From Planctomycetota bacterium (lineage in GTDB: Bacteria; Planctomycetota; UBA8108; SXIK01), in assembly GCA_965223265.1 (NCBI GenBank), contig OZ244999.1, positions 6,880,001-6,944,000 on the forward strand: a DNA stretch of 64,000 nucleotides, written 5' to 3'. This document shows, one piece after another, positions 37,279 to 46,743 of the stretch. The notes below the pieces were generated by a model. That model was given only the letters and a program-made list of their open reading frames with translations, did not search any database and had not been told where the DNA came from. Positions within the stretch are counted from its first letter, which is position 1; the number at the start of each line of letters is the position of its first letter. The position numbers and the translations under genes are program-made.

Positions 37279-39580
37279 AGAGAAACTCATTCGTGTTCCA
37301 GAGCGCGTGACAAAAATCGACGAGGGCTGAGACGAACGCTGACTCCAGCGCATCGGTCGTTTCGCCGCTGCGGCCAGGCGTGTCCAACACGGCACTGATC
37401 ACCGACTCGGCGCGCGCCGCGAGTTCGTCGTTTCGCTTGAGCTCACCCTCGTGAGCAGCGGCAGCCTCACGCAAAAAATCCATCGACGCGGCAGCTTCCT
37501 CCGCCGCCGGCGCGCGGGAGAAAACAAGCGCGTAAGCTCGTGCGATGAGATCGCCCGGATCAGAACCGACTTCCCGCAACAGACGTGCAGCGAACGACTG
37601 CGCCCGCTCGAGCATCCACTCACTGTTGAGGAGGATCAGCGCCTGCGTCGGGATCGTCGTTTCAACTCGACGCGAGCACGGCGAGTGATTGTCGGGCACG
37701 TCGAACGTTTTCAGGAGCGGCAGATGCAGATTACGCTTGACGACCAAGTAAACGGAACGGCGATTGCGCTCCGCGGCGTTCGGCGTCGGCTTCCATGCGT
37801 AGCGGTCGCTCATTCCGGAAGGCAGTGCTGGCAGGACGCTGTCGCCGAACATGCGCGTGTTGAGTTCGCCACTGGCAGCGAGAACCCCATCTCTGAGCGC
37901 CTCGGCTTCAAGGCGACGGCTTGGCATGCGCCAGAAGAGTCGATTCTCTGGATCGACGCGACGCGCGTCACGCTCCACCGACTTCCCTGGCTCCGCAGGC
38001 AGACTCGACTGTCCGTAAACGCTCGACAACAGGATCAGGCGGTGCAGGCGCTTCAGGCTCCAACCTCCCGCCACGAGCTCGCGCGCCAGCCAATCGAGCA
38101 GCTGTGGGTGCGTGGGCGGCTCTGACTGCACACCGAAGTCACTCGAGGTCGCAACGAGTCCACGACCAAAGTGGTACTGCCAGATGCGATTGACGATCAC
38201 ACGTGCGGTCAGCGGATTCCGCGCGTCGGTGACCCAGCGCGCCAGGGCTGTGCGGCGACCGGAGGCGCGCGGCACTTCCGGGATCTGCTGACGCAGTACA
38301 GTAAGAATCCCGGGCGTGATGTCGCCGGCGCCGGGATCGTCCGGAATTCGCGTTGGCGGAGTTTCACTCTCGAGTTCCTCGACGCCGCGAGCGAACGGGA
38401 GAAACGTCGGCTTCAGCGCATCGAAGGACGCCAACTGCTCGGTGAGCTTCTCCCACCTCGTCTTCGCGCTGTCGTCCATCCGCCGCATCATGTCCTTCGT
38501 CTGGACGCGTAGTTCCTCGCCGCCGAGCATAAGAATCTGACGCTGCAGCGTGGTGCGCTTCTCGGGCACGATGGCCGCGATCTGCTGAATCTGCGGCGGG
38601 AACTTCTTCGCCTTGGCAAGCTCCGCCTGGCGCCGAAACGGCCGTTCGAGTTCGCTGCGGCGCGTACGAATCTCCCGCGTCGCTTCCTGCCATCGCCGCA
38701 GCTGTTCGTGGTACGCACTGAGTTCTTTCGGTGAACCCACAGGCAGATCATCGCGCGGCGCCATGCCCGCAAAAAAAGCCTGTAGACCGTAATAGTCCCG
38801 GCGCGAGATGGCGTCGAACTTGTGATCGTGACAGCGCGCGCAGCCAACGGTCAGTCCGAGAAAAACGCTGCCGGTCACGTCCGTGACGTCCGCGAGCACC
38901 TTGTTCCACATGTCATCCAGCGTGCGGCCGTTGTCTTCGTACGGCCAGTGGCGCAGGAAACCAGTGGCGGCCAATGCGTTGCCATCGTGCCGCGCCAATT
39001 CGTTCGCCGGAATCTCGTCGCCTGCGATCTGTTCGCGCACGAACACGTCATACGGCTTGTCCGCGTTGAACGCCTGGACAACGTAGTCGCGATACTGCCA
39101 CGCGCCGGGGCGAAGTTTGTCGCTCTTGAACCCATCGCTCTCGGCGTAACGCGCAAGGTCGAGCCAGTGGCGCCCCCACCGCTCTCCGTAGCGGGGCGAA
39201 GCGAGAAGTCGATCGATCACTCGCTGCCGCGCCCAGGGGCTCGTGTCGCGGCTGAACTCCTCAACCTCGCCTGTTGTCGGTGGCAGGCCGATCAAATCGA
39301 TGCTGACGCGCCGGATCCACGCGACTCGATCGGCGGGCGGTGACAAAGTCAGTCCGGCCGCTTCGAGGCGTCCGATCACGAAAGCGTCCACCGGCGTGCG
39401 TACTCGATCGCGCTGCCGAACGGTCGGCGGCGCCTGCGCGTCGATAGGCCGATAAGCCCAATGATCCGAAGGTTCAGCGAGCGCGGGCGGCGCAGAATAG
39501 AGGAGCGCGGAGTTCAAAAAGCTCGCGGCAGTCATCGCGAGAAACGCTACGAAGAGACCTCTTTCCGAACGACGCTGCAT
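37268..39580 (-). CDS. DUF1549/DUF1553 planctomycete domain protein with CxxCH motif
   Basis: HWAYRP, YGERWGRHWLDLARYAESDG, CARCHDHKFD, NPLTARVIVNRIWQYHFGRG and NEFLYVD motifs; start set at MQRRS (signal peptide). Confidence 0.9.
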   Translation of the reverse strand: MQRRSERGLFVAFLAMTAASFLNSALLYSAPPALAEPSDHWAYRPIDAQAPPTVRQRDRVRTPVDAFVIGRLEAAGLTLSPPADRVAWIRRVSIDLIGLPPTTGEVEEFSRDTSPWARQRVIDRLLASPRYGERWGRHWLDLARYAESDGFKSDKLRPGAWQYRDYVVQAFNADKPYDVFVREQIAGDEIPANELARHDGNALAATGFLRHWPYEDNGRTLDDMWNKVLADVTDVTGSVFLGLTVGCARCHDHKFDAISRRDYYGLQAFFAGMAPRDDLPVGSPKELSAYHEQLRRWQEATREIRTRRSELERPFRRQAELAKAKKFPPQIQQIAAIVPEKRTTLQRQILMLGGEELRVQTKDMMRRMDDSAKTRWEKLTEQLASFDALKPTFLPFARGVEELESETPPTRIPDDPGAGDITPGILTVLRQQIPEVPRASGRRTALARWVTDARNPLTARVIVNRIWQYHFGRGLVATSSDFGVQSEPPTHPQLLDWLARELVAGGWSLKRLHRLILLSSVYGQSSLPAEPGKSVERDARRVDPENRLFWRMPSRRLEAEALRDGVLAASGELNTRMFGDSVLPALPSGMSDRYAWKPTPNAAERNRRSVYLVVKRNLHLPLLKTFDVPDNHSPCSRRVETTIPTQALILLNSEWMLERAQSFAARLLREVGSDPGDLIARAYALVFSRAPAAEEAAASMDFLREAAAAHEGELKRNDELAARAESVISAVLDTPGRSGETTDALESAFVSALVDFCHALWNTNEFLYVD

Positions 39581-39725
39581 CCGTTTCGTCCTCAATCTTC
39601 GGCGCAGAACAAAGTACAGATCAGTCAACGACCGATCAGTACACCGCTGTGCAGTAGCCCGCTGTCCTGGTGGCCACCAGTATAGCTCCCGCGACGAGGG
39701 ATTCATACGACGCAGGGCGCTGGCA

Positions 39726-40901
39726 CTACCGCTCCACCACCCAAATACTCCGAAAGCGCACCGGGTTGCCATGGTCCTGTAAGTAAAGCGCCCCGGCTTC
39801 CTGCTCCCGACTCGGCCTCTTGTCGCCAGGGCCACGCGGCGGCAACACATAGCGGTCATGGATCACGACGCCGTTGTGGCGCACGGTCATCGTCGCCGGC
39901 GTGATCTTCTTGCCATCAGCGTCGAACTTTGCGGCAACGAAATCAACGTCGTAGGTTTGCCAAGAGAGAGGTGGGAAACACATATTGAGCCGCGGCTTCA
40001 CCATCTCATGGATCCCGCCGCAGCGCCCGAAGATCGACAAGCGTTCGTACTTCTGGTTCTCGGAGTTCCAACCGAACGAGTCAAGTACCTGGATCTCCCA
40101 CTCGCGCTTGACGTAAACGCCGCTGTTCCCACGCGCCATGCCGCGCGCCGTCGGCATGAACGGGGTACGAAACTCGAGGTGGAACGAATGACTGCGGAAT
40201 CGACGCTTTGAATCGGTGCCAACGTCGAGGAGATTGCCGTCAGCGAGCCGCCCATCGACCCACTCATTCACGTTCGTGCCGTCGAAAAGAACAATGGCAC
40301 CGTCTGGAGGCCTGGCGCCCAGCGTCGGCGAGACGCGCGTGACCTTGCGGAGCTCGAAACTCGGATCCTGGACGACGTTCAGGAACGTCCGCGCCTCGCC
40401 GTGGCAAACGTCGCCGTCAACGATGGCACGAAAGTTCTCATTCTCGAACTTGAGTCGTTCGCCATGGACGCCAACGCAGCGAGCGGTGTTACCGTCAAGT
40501 TCGCCGCGAAAGTGAAAACGTGTGACCTCGTCCCATCCAGCGCCGGGGAGTCCACCGCCATAAACCACACCTTCGAACTTGCCGTCGCCGAGGGCGACGA
40601 CTTGCACGGCGATCGTGTGTTTACCGCCGACCAGTCCGACGTACTCGCCTTGAATCTTAAAGTCGATGCCGCCACTCTCGGGCGTCAAATATGCGGCGTG
40701 CTTCTTCTTCGGTGCGGCGTGTGCGCTCGCAGCGAAGAGGAAAGCGATCGCCAGGAGAGCGAGCAACGAACCGGCGGGAGCACCAGCGTGACGCGGAGGA
40801 CTTGACCCCGCATGTCGGCGGCGCGCCGCCATGGGCGCGACGAAAGCGTGATCAGGACCGCGGCCGAAATCGACGCGCGGCGCGAGGCGGCGTGAAGGCA
40901 T
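39726..40901 (-). CDS. DUF1080 (3-keto-disaccharide hydrolase-like) protein
   Basis: PDGAIVLFDG, HLEFRTP, GNSGVY, EIQVLDSFG, WQTYDV and LQDHGNPVRFRSIWV motifs. Start uncertain. Confidence 0.88.
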   Translation of the reverse strand: MPSRRLAPRVDFGRGPDHAFVAPMAARRRHAGSSPPRHAGAPAGSLLALLAIAFLFAASAHAAPKKKHAAYLTPESGGIDFKIQGEYVGLVGGKHTIAVQVVALGDGKFEGVVYGGGLPGAGWDEVTRFHFRGELDGNTARCVGVHGERLKFENENFRAIVDGDVCHGEARTFLNVVQDPSFELRKVTRVSPTLGARPPDGAIVLFDGTNVNEWVDGRLADGNLLDVGTDSKRRFRSHSFHLEFRTPFMPTARGMARGNSGVYVKREWEIQVLDSFGWNSENQKYERLSIFGRCGGIHEMVKPRLNMCFPPLSWQTYDVDFVAAKFDADGKKITPATMTVRHNGVVIHDRYVLPPRGPGDKRPSREQEAGALYLQDHGNPVRFRSIWVVER

Positions 40902-41067
40902 GGGTTGGTCTCCGAAGTTTTCGCGACGGGTGGGGTTCTGGGTCGAACTGCCGGCGTGAGGAGATCATTCGGCCACGAGTATCGACGCGACGTCGGAAAC
41001 TGTCGAGGGGCAGCCGCCGTGTGAAGCACTCCGCCCCCGACTGCGGAGTTCTACGACGAGGCCAACT

Positions 41068-41134
41068 TCTAATGAATTAGAGAAAAACTATTTGCACAGA
41101 CCTGCGCATGCCGCTATCTTCTAATTCATTAGAA
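41068..41134 (+). promoter_or_regulatory. Promoter flanked by two palindromic operators, likely BlaI-family binding sites
   Basis: TCTAAT-GA-ATTAGA (41068-41081) and TCTAAT-TC-ATTAGA (41120-41133); TTGCAC (41092-41097)-17 nt-TATCTT (41115-41120) lies between them. Confidence 0.75.
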
Positions 41135-41206
41135 ATGAGGGCGCGGGATCGTGAAACTTCCCGGGCCGTTCGCAAGTGAGCCCAAAAAACGCCGGAGGAG
41201 ATCGCC

Positions 41207-41671
41207 ATGGGCCGCCCCACCTCACGTCACCCCACTGAGCTCGAGCTCGCGATCCTGAAGATCCTGTGGGCCGATGGCCCCATGACCGCACGAGAAGTGC
41301 GCGAGACTCTGGCTGCGGGCGCCGACAGCGCGACCGCGGCGCCTGCGCGCCGGGGTCGAACTCTCGCTCCTGGCGTGGCCGACGACGACACGCGCGATCT
41401 GGCGCACACGTCAGTGCTGACCATCTTGAATATCATGGTGCGCAAGCGCTACCTCAAGCGGCGGCGACAAGGCAAGGCTTATGTCTTCGCGGCGGCCGTC
41501 GGCCAAGACGAAGTCACCGGTAGCATGGCCCGCGATCTCGTGCGCCGCGCCTTCGACGGTTCCGCGGCGCAGCTCATGCTCAACCTCATCGAGACCGGTG
41601 GCGTCGACGCGGACGAACTCCGTGAACTGCGGCGCTTGATCCAGAAAGCGGCGAAGGAGCAAGCCTCATGA
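41207..41671 (+). CDS. BlaI/MecI/CopY family transcriptional repressor
   Basis: PTELELAILKILW..GPMTAREV, LAHTSVLTILNIMVRKRYLKR and AFDGSAAQLMLNL motifs; RBS GGAGG; stop overlaps the M56 gene start. Confidence 0.93.
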   Translation: MGRPTSRHPTELELAILKILWADGPMTAREVRETLAAGADSATAAPARRGRTLAPGVADDDTRDLAHTSVLTILNIMVRKRYLKRRRQGKAYVFAAAVGQDEVTGSMARDLVRRAFDGSAAQLMLNLIETGGVDADELRELRRLIQKAAKEQAS

Positions 41672-44600
41672 TGCTTTTCGATGGGATCGACACTCACCTC
41701 AGCGTCGCGATCGCGCGCACACTCCTGCACTCGCTCTGGCAAGGAGTCCTGATCGCGCTCCTGGCCGCCGCCACGAGTCTTCTCCTCCGGCGTCACGCCG
41801 CGCACGCGCGCTGTGTCGTCGCCGCGGCATCGCTCGCGGCTATGCCGATAGTTGCCACCGTGACGTTTTGCGCCGTCTACGGAAACGCGTCGACGGAGGT
41901 TAGGCGTGGCGTCGGATCGAGGTCCGACGACTCCACATCTCTTTCAGCCGCAGGACCATCCGTGCCGGGAGCGACAGAGGCGGCGAGTGCCGCAAGCTCC
42001 AGCGAACGCGGCGTGCGCACCGATGTAACCTCCGGCACGACGTCAACGCCCACGTCAACGGCCGCAGCAACGACGCCGGCGCTGTTTCCTTCAAATGAAC
42101 TCGCACGTATGACAACTGCAATCTACGGCATCGGCGCGCTGGCGATGCTGCTACGCCTCGCTCTGGCGCTGGCGAGCGGTCATGGAGTCAAGCGCTGCGG
42201 CGCGCCGGTCGTCGATTCCAGCCTGATCACGGCGCTGCGCGAAGAGGCGAGACGTCTCGGTCTGAAGTGCGCGCCCGCCGTGCGCTACTCCGAACGCGTC
42301 CTCGTCCCGGCAGTCATCGGTGTCGTGAAGCCAACTCTCGTGCTCCCGGCAGCCGTCGTCACGGGTCTCGCGCCGCAGCAACTCGCAGCGGTCCTCGCTC
42401 ACGAGCTCGCTCACATCCGCCGCCACGACGCTGTGGTGCAAATCGGCCAACGCGTCGTCGAGGCACTGTTTTTCTTTCATCCGGCCGTGTGGTATCTGAG
42501 CCGCCAGCTCAGTGTCGAACGCGAGAACGCCTGCGACGATGTCGTCGTTGGCGCCGGGCACGAGTCGTGTATTTATGCGGCCGCGCTCGTCCGTGTCGTC
42601 GAGCTCAGCCACGACGCAAACCCCGGTTCGCACGGCGCCGCAGCGATCGGCCCGGCAACGCTCGCGGCAGCCCACTCACGTGGACATCGCTTGCGCGCTC
42701 GCGTCCTTCGACTCATCCAGCGCGGCGAGCGCAGCGACCTTCGCCTGACGCGCTCGGGTGCCGCGTCTTTCTTTCTAGCTGTCGGCCTACTCGCCGCCAG
42801 CTGCGCCTACCTCGGTGTCGAAGGAGGTCGCAGCCTAGCGTCGAAGGAACCGGAAGCTACGGCTGTCTATCGCGGCGACAACGGTCGCAGCGGCGCCTAC
42901 GATGTCGCTCCGCTGCACGAGGTCGGGGGGGTGCGCTGGGCGTTTCGGACGCCAGCGGGGTTCACGTCGACGCCGGCGGTTGTCGGCGGCGTCGCGTACA
43001 CGGCAACCGCCGACGGATTCGTGCGCGCCTATGACATCGAGAGTGGCGAGAAAAAGTGGGAGCGGACCGTCGGCAACTCCGGACTGATCTCGACGCTCAC
43101 AGTGACAGGCGCGGCGGATGCTTTGCCTCGAGATCGTGCCGTCTGCTTTGGCGACCTCAAAGGGAAAGTCACCGCTCTCGATGCGGACGATGGTGAAGTT
43201 CTGTGGACGCACGACGCCGGCGGATCTGTCCCGGGTGCGTTGCCCGTGGCGGACGGAATTGTCTACATCGCCGGTTACGACGACGACGTACTCGCCCTCT
43301 CACTCGCCAGCGGTGAGGAGATTTGGCGTACCCGCACGGGTGGAATCTTCCTTGGCCCTCCGGCACTCGTCGGCGACACACTCTACCTCGTTGCCGACAA
43401 CCACTGCGTAGCGCTTGACGCGAGCACCGGCCGAGAGATTTGGCGCCGCCGAGTCGACGGCCCGAGCGGGCTGGTGGTTGCTGCCGGCGTTGTTTTGGTC
43501 GGGAACAGTCACGGAAGGAGAAAACTGCTAGCGCTCGACGCGACGAACGGTGAGCCTGTTTGGAGCTTCGAAACAGATCCCTTCACCGGCGATGGCTGGC
43601 TGATGGAACCCGGCCTTGAAGGCGCCTGGCCCGCCGTTGCGGACGGACGCGTCTTCTTCCCGACGTTCTACGGCGAGCTGTATGCCCTCGACGCGGTGTC
43701 AGGGGAAGAACTTTGGCGCTTCGCTGTCGATGGCCCTTGCAACGCGTCCCCCGCCGTTGCCGGCGATCTTGTCTACGTCTCCAATTTGAATGGAAGCGTC
43801 TCCGCACTCGACGTCGCATCCGGAGAGCTCATCTGGCGCTTCGCAGGCACACCTGGTTTTGTGACCTGTCCAATCCCAACAGCCAACGGTCTCTTGGTCG
43901 GCAGCAGCGACGGCTACCTCTACGAGTTCGCAGGCGACGCGGCGCCAGAAAGCGCGAAAGCTGAACCGAACGCACTCGCCCCGTCCGTCACGGCATGGCT
44001 CTACTGGCAAGAGGCTGCGAGCGCCATCGATCTCGACGGCCAGCACGTGGAAAAGCTTCCGGCGGGCGCACAAGTCGACCGCGAAAAACTGCGGCAGCGC
44101 GGCTTCGATCTCGTCTCCACCACGCGGAGCCTCGAAAGTCTCGGAGCCAAGCTCATCCTGAGCCCGCTTTCGCTCGCACCTCAAGACACCTCGGCGGCGG
44201 AATTGATCTCCTTCGTCGACGCGCGACGCGATGGCGAGTCTTCTGTCACGCGTGGTCGCGGTGGTTGGCCCGAAGTCTGCTTTCGCACGGCCGAGGGCGG
44301 TTACGGCTATTTCGCCGTCGTCTCATGGAGCAACGAAGGCGAAACTCCAACTGGGCTCCGAACCCAAGTCCTACGTCCGGCATTGTCGCTTGTGGAAAGT
44401 GGCGACGCCATCGAAGACGAGAGCGCTGGAGCTACGGCCCGGGGTGTGCCGTCCGGCCGCGATGATGCAGCGAACCCGGGTGATGCTGAACTCTTCCGCA
44501 TCTACGACGTCGGCGATCTCTTCGTCATGGCTGGTGATCCGGAGCTTCCTCTGCTCGGCGTTCCCGTCGACGAAGGCACGTCGGTTCGTGCGGCACCTCA

Positions 44601-45564
44601 GCGGAGCCGGAAGCAGGTCGAGTGGCGCACTGCACTTGGTCTCAAAGGACTCGCACAGCGCATCGCCGCCGAACTAGCCGCTAGCGGCATAACCGAGGAC
44701 GCGTTCGACCTGGAAACCAGAGGCGACCGCCAACACCATCTTCTCTTTCGAGGTAGCCTCGCACACCACGAGGCCATCGCGGCGGCACTGACGCGGCTGC
44801 GCGAGCAACGCAAGCAATCGTCGGTCATGATCGATGTCGCGCAGATCGTCGTTCGAGACGGGGAACCGACACTGCCAGCAGCCGTGTCGACGTGGCTCGA
44901 GAAGATCCGTGCATCCGATCACGCCGGCGTCGAACGACCACGACTCACTGACGACGATTTCAAACAGCTGCGCAAGGCAGCACTCAAAGACGCGCCGCTG
45001 CGCCCATGGTTCGCGCACATCGGCACTGGGACCGGAGAACCGAATTGGCTCAGCGGCACCACCGACGTCGCGTTCATCCGCGACCTCAAGGTGAGTGAGG
45101 TAGAAGGAGTCCGGAGTGCCACGCCGATCGTGGCCAAGTGCGCCACCGGTTACGCGGTAGGCGTGATCGCCGAGCGGAGCGCCGACAACACCGCCGCCCA
45201 GCTCGAGCTCCAGGCCAGTTACTGCAACCTCGCCCGCACGCCGATCGCGACGCTGCCGGCCAGCGAAATGGAACGCTTTCGCGGCGTCAAAGGAGCCGAG
45301 GCGTTCGAAATCGGCGTGCCGGAGTTCGCGCGCTTCGATCTCAACACATCGGTCGCCTGTCCGTTCGGCGACTGGGTGATCGCGGCGGCGTTCAACCACG
45401 GCTTCGAGTCAGAAGACCAAGAGCGAGAGCCTGAGGCGACAGACGATTCGCCATCGGCCGTCGACAGCGATGCAAAGACGTCGCGACTCGCTGTCACCGC
45501 ACTTCTGCTCGTTCGCACATCGCCGCTCAACGCTGAGGAGAAGCGAGCGCGCGACAACGAATAG
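41668..45564 (+). CDS. BlaR1-like M56 metallopeptidase fused to PQQ beta-propeller and secretin-like C-terminal region
   Basis: LLHSLWQG, AHELAHIRRHD, FFHPAVW and ERENACDD (M56); many ALDAxxGExxW blades; RIYDVGDL and a degenerate secretin-like pattern at the C-terminus. Confidence 0.85.
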   Translation: MMLFDGIDTHLSVAIARTLLHSLWQGVLIALLAAATSLLLRRHAAHARCVVAAASLAAMPIVATVTFCAVYGNASTEVRRGVGSRSDDSTSLSAAGPSVPGATEAASAASSSERGVRTDVTSGTTSTPTSTAAATTPALFPSNELARMTTAIYGIGALAMLLRLALALASGHGVKRCGAPVVDSSLITALREEARRLGLKCAPAVRYSERVLVPAVIGVVKPTLVLPAAVVTGLAPQQLAAVLAHELAHIRRHDAVVQIGQRVVEALFFFHPAVWYLSRQLSVERENACDDVVVGAGHESCIYAAALVRVVELSHDANPGSHGAAAIGPATLAAAHSRGHRLRARVLRLIQRGERSDLRLTRSGAASFFLAVGLLAASCAYLGVEGGRSLASKEPEATAVYRGDNGRSGAYDVAPLHEVGGVRWAFRTPAGFTSTPAVVGGVAYTATADGFVRAYDIESGEKKWERTVGNSGLISTLTVTGAADALPRDRAVCFGDLKGKVTALDADDGEVLWTHDAGGSVPGALPVADGIVYIAGYDDDVLALSLASGEEIWRTRTGGIFLGPPALVGDTLYLVADNHCVALDASTGREIWRRRVDGPSGLVVAAGVVLVGNSHGRRKLLALDATNGEPVWSFETDPFTGDGWLMEPGLEGAWPAVADGRVFFPTFYGELYALDAVSGEELWRFAVDGPCNASPAVAGDLVYVSNLNGSVSALDVASGELIWRFAGTPGFVTCPIPTANGLLVGSSDGYLYEFAGDAAPESAKAEPNALAPSVTAWLYWQEAASAIDLDGQHVEKLPAGAQVDREKLRQRGFDLVSTTRSLESLGAKLILSPLSLAPQDTSAAELISFVDARRDGESSVTRGRGGWPEVCFRTAEGGYGYFAVVSWSNEGETPTGLRTQVLRPALSLVESGDAIEDESAGATARGVPSGRDDAANPGDAELFRIYDVGDLFVMAGDPELPLLGVPVDEGTSVRAAPQRSRKQVEWRTALGLKGLAQRIAAELAASGITEDAFDLETRGDRQHHLLFRGSLAHHEAIAAALTRLREQRKQSSVMIDVAQIVVRDGEPTLPAAVSTWLEKIRASDHAGVERPRLTDDDFKQLRKAALKDAPLRPWFAHIGTGTGEPNWLSGTTDVAFIRDLKVSEVEGVRSATPIVAKCATGYAVGVIAERSADNTAAQLELQASYCNLARTPIATLPASEMERFRGVKGAEAFEIGVPEFARFDLNTSVACPFGDWVIAAAFNHGFESEDQEREPEATDDSPSAVDSDAKTSRLAVTALLLVRTSPLNAEEKRARDNE

Positions 45565-45723
45565 TTACGCGTGGGTTCGGAGAGCCGTTTTCCGAATCCA
45601 CAGTCACAAGAATCGTGCATCGAACAGCTCCTTTTTCTCTGCGCGGCTCTGCGGACTCTATAGTGGGATCTCTTTTCGGACACGCATCCACCGCAGCGCC
45701 GAAGCGACACCAAACCACACGCG

Positions 45724-46743
45724 TCAGGGCTCATCCGAGACCTGTAAGATGAGCTTGCCGCGGTTGCTCCCGTCGAAGAGTCGATTGAGCGCTTCCGGCG
45801 CGTTCTCCAGGCCCTTAACGACATCGACGCGGTAGCGCAGCTTACCGGCAGCGTGCCACGCGGCCAAATCGCGAAGAGCTTCGGCAGCACGATCGAGATA
45901 GTCAAACACGATGAAACCCTGAAGGCGGACGCGCTTCAGCAGCAGCTGCAGAAAGTTGTAGGGCCCGGGCACGCGCTCGGTGGCGTTGTACTGTGAAATC
46001 ATGCCGCAAAGTGCTATGCGCGCGCGGAGATTGACGAGCGCGAGAACGGCGTCGAGGATCTCGCCGCCGACGTTCTCGAAGTAGACATCGATGCCGTCGG
46101 GGCAGTGCTTCTTCAGGCTCTGGTAGACGTCTTCGGTCTTGTAGTTGATCGCGGCGTCGAAGCCGAGCTCGCGCGTGATCCAGTTGCACTTCTCGTCGTC
46201 GCCGGCGATGCCGACGACGCGGCAGCCTTTGATCTTGCCGATCTGTCCGACGAGGGAGCCCACGGCCCCCGCCGCACCGGAAACGACGAGCGTCTCGCCC
46301 TCCTTAGGTTGGCCGACGTCGAGCAGGCCAAAGTACGCAGTGAGGCCGATGTGACCAAAAACGCCAAAGTAGCCGGTGAGCGGTATGCCCTTGGGCAAGC
46401 GGACGATGTCGAACCCCTTGCCGTCAGTGACAACGAACTCCTGCCAGCCGATCGGGCCGTGAACGATCGAACCGACGGGCAAGGCTTTGTTCTCAGACAC
46501 TTCGATCACACCCAGTGACCCACCGCGCATCACCTCGCCAAGGCCCACGGGTGGCACGTAGGTCGCTCGATCGTTCATCCAGGCGCGATTGGCTGGATCG
46601 AGGGACACGTAGATGTTGCGGACCAGTGCTTCCCCGGCTTGTGGAGCTGGAACGCTCTCCTCGCGCCACTCGAAGTCGCTGGCGCGCGCCCTCCCTTCGG
46701 GGCGTTTGACGAGGCGCCATTGTCGGTTGACTCGTTGGGACAT
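45724..46743 (-). CDS. NADP-dependent oxidoreductase (MDR family, YncB/CurA/PTGR-like)
   Basis: SLDPANRAWM, GLTAYFGLL, VSGAAGAVGS, DVYFENVGG and CGMISQYN motifs. Confidence 0.93.
   Translation of the reverse strand: MSQRVNRQWRLVKRPEGRARASDFEWREESVPAPQAGEALVRNIYVSLDPANRAWMNDRATYVPPVGLGEVMRGGSLGVIEVSENKALPVGSIVHGPIGWQEFVVTDGKGFDIVRLPKGIPLTGYFGVFGHIGLTAYFGLLDVGQPKEGETLVVSGAAGAVGSLVGQIGKIKGCRVVGIAGDDEKCNWITRELGFDAAINYKTEDVYQSLKKHCPDGIDVYFENVGGEILDAVLALVNLRARIALCGMISQYNATERVPGPYNFLQLLLKRVRLQGFIVFDYLDRAAEALRDLAAWHAAGKLRYRVDVVKGLENAPEALNRLFDGSNRGKLILQVSDEP

Noticed and set aside
41668-45564. Beta-lactam resistance locus (blaI-blaR1-blaZ)
   Set aside because: There is no penicillin-binding sensor domain and no beta-lactamase gene nearby.
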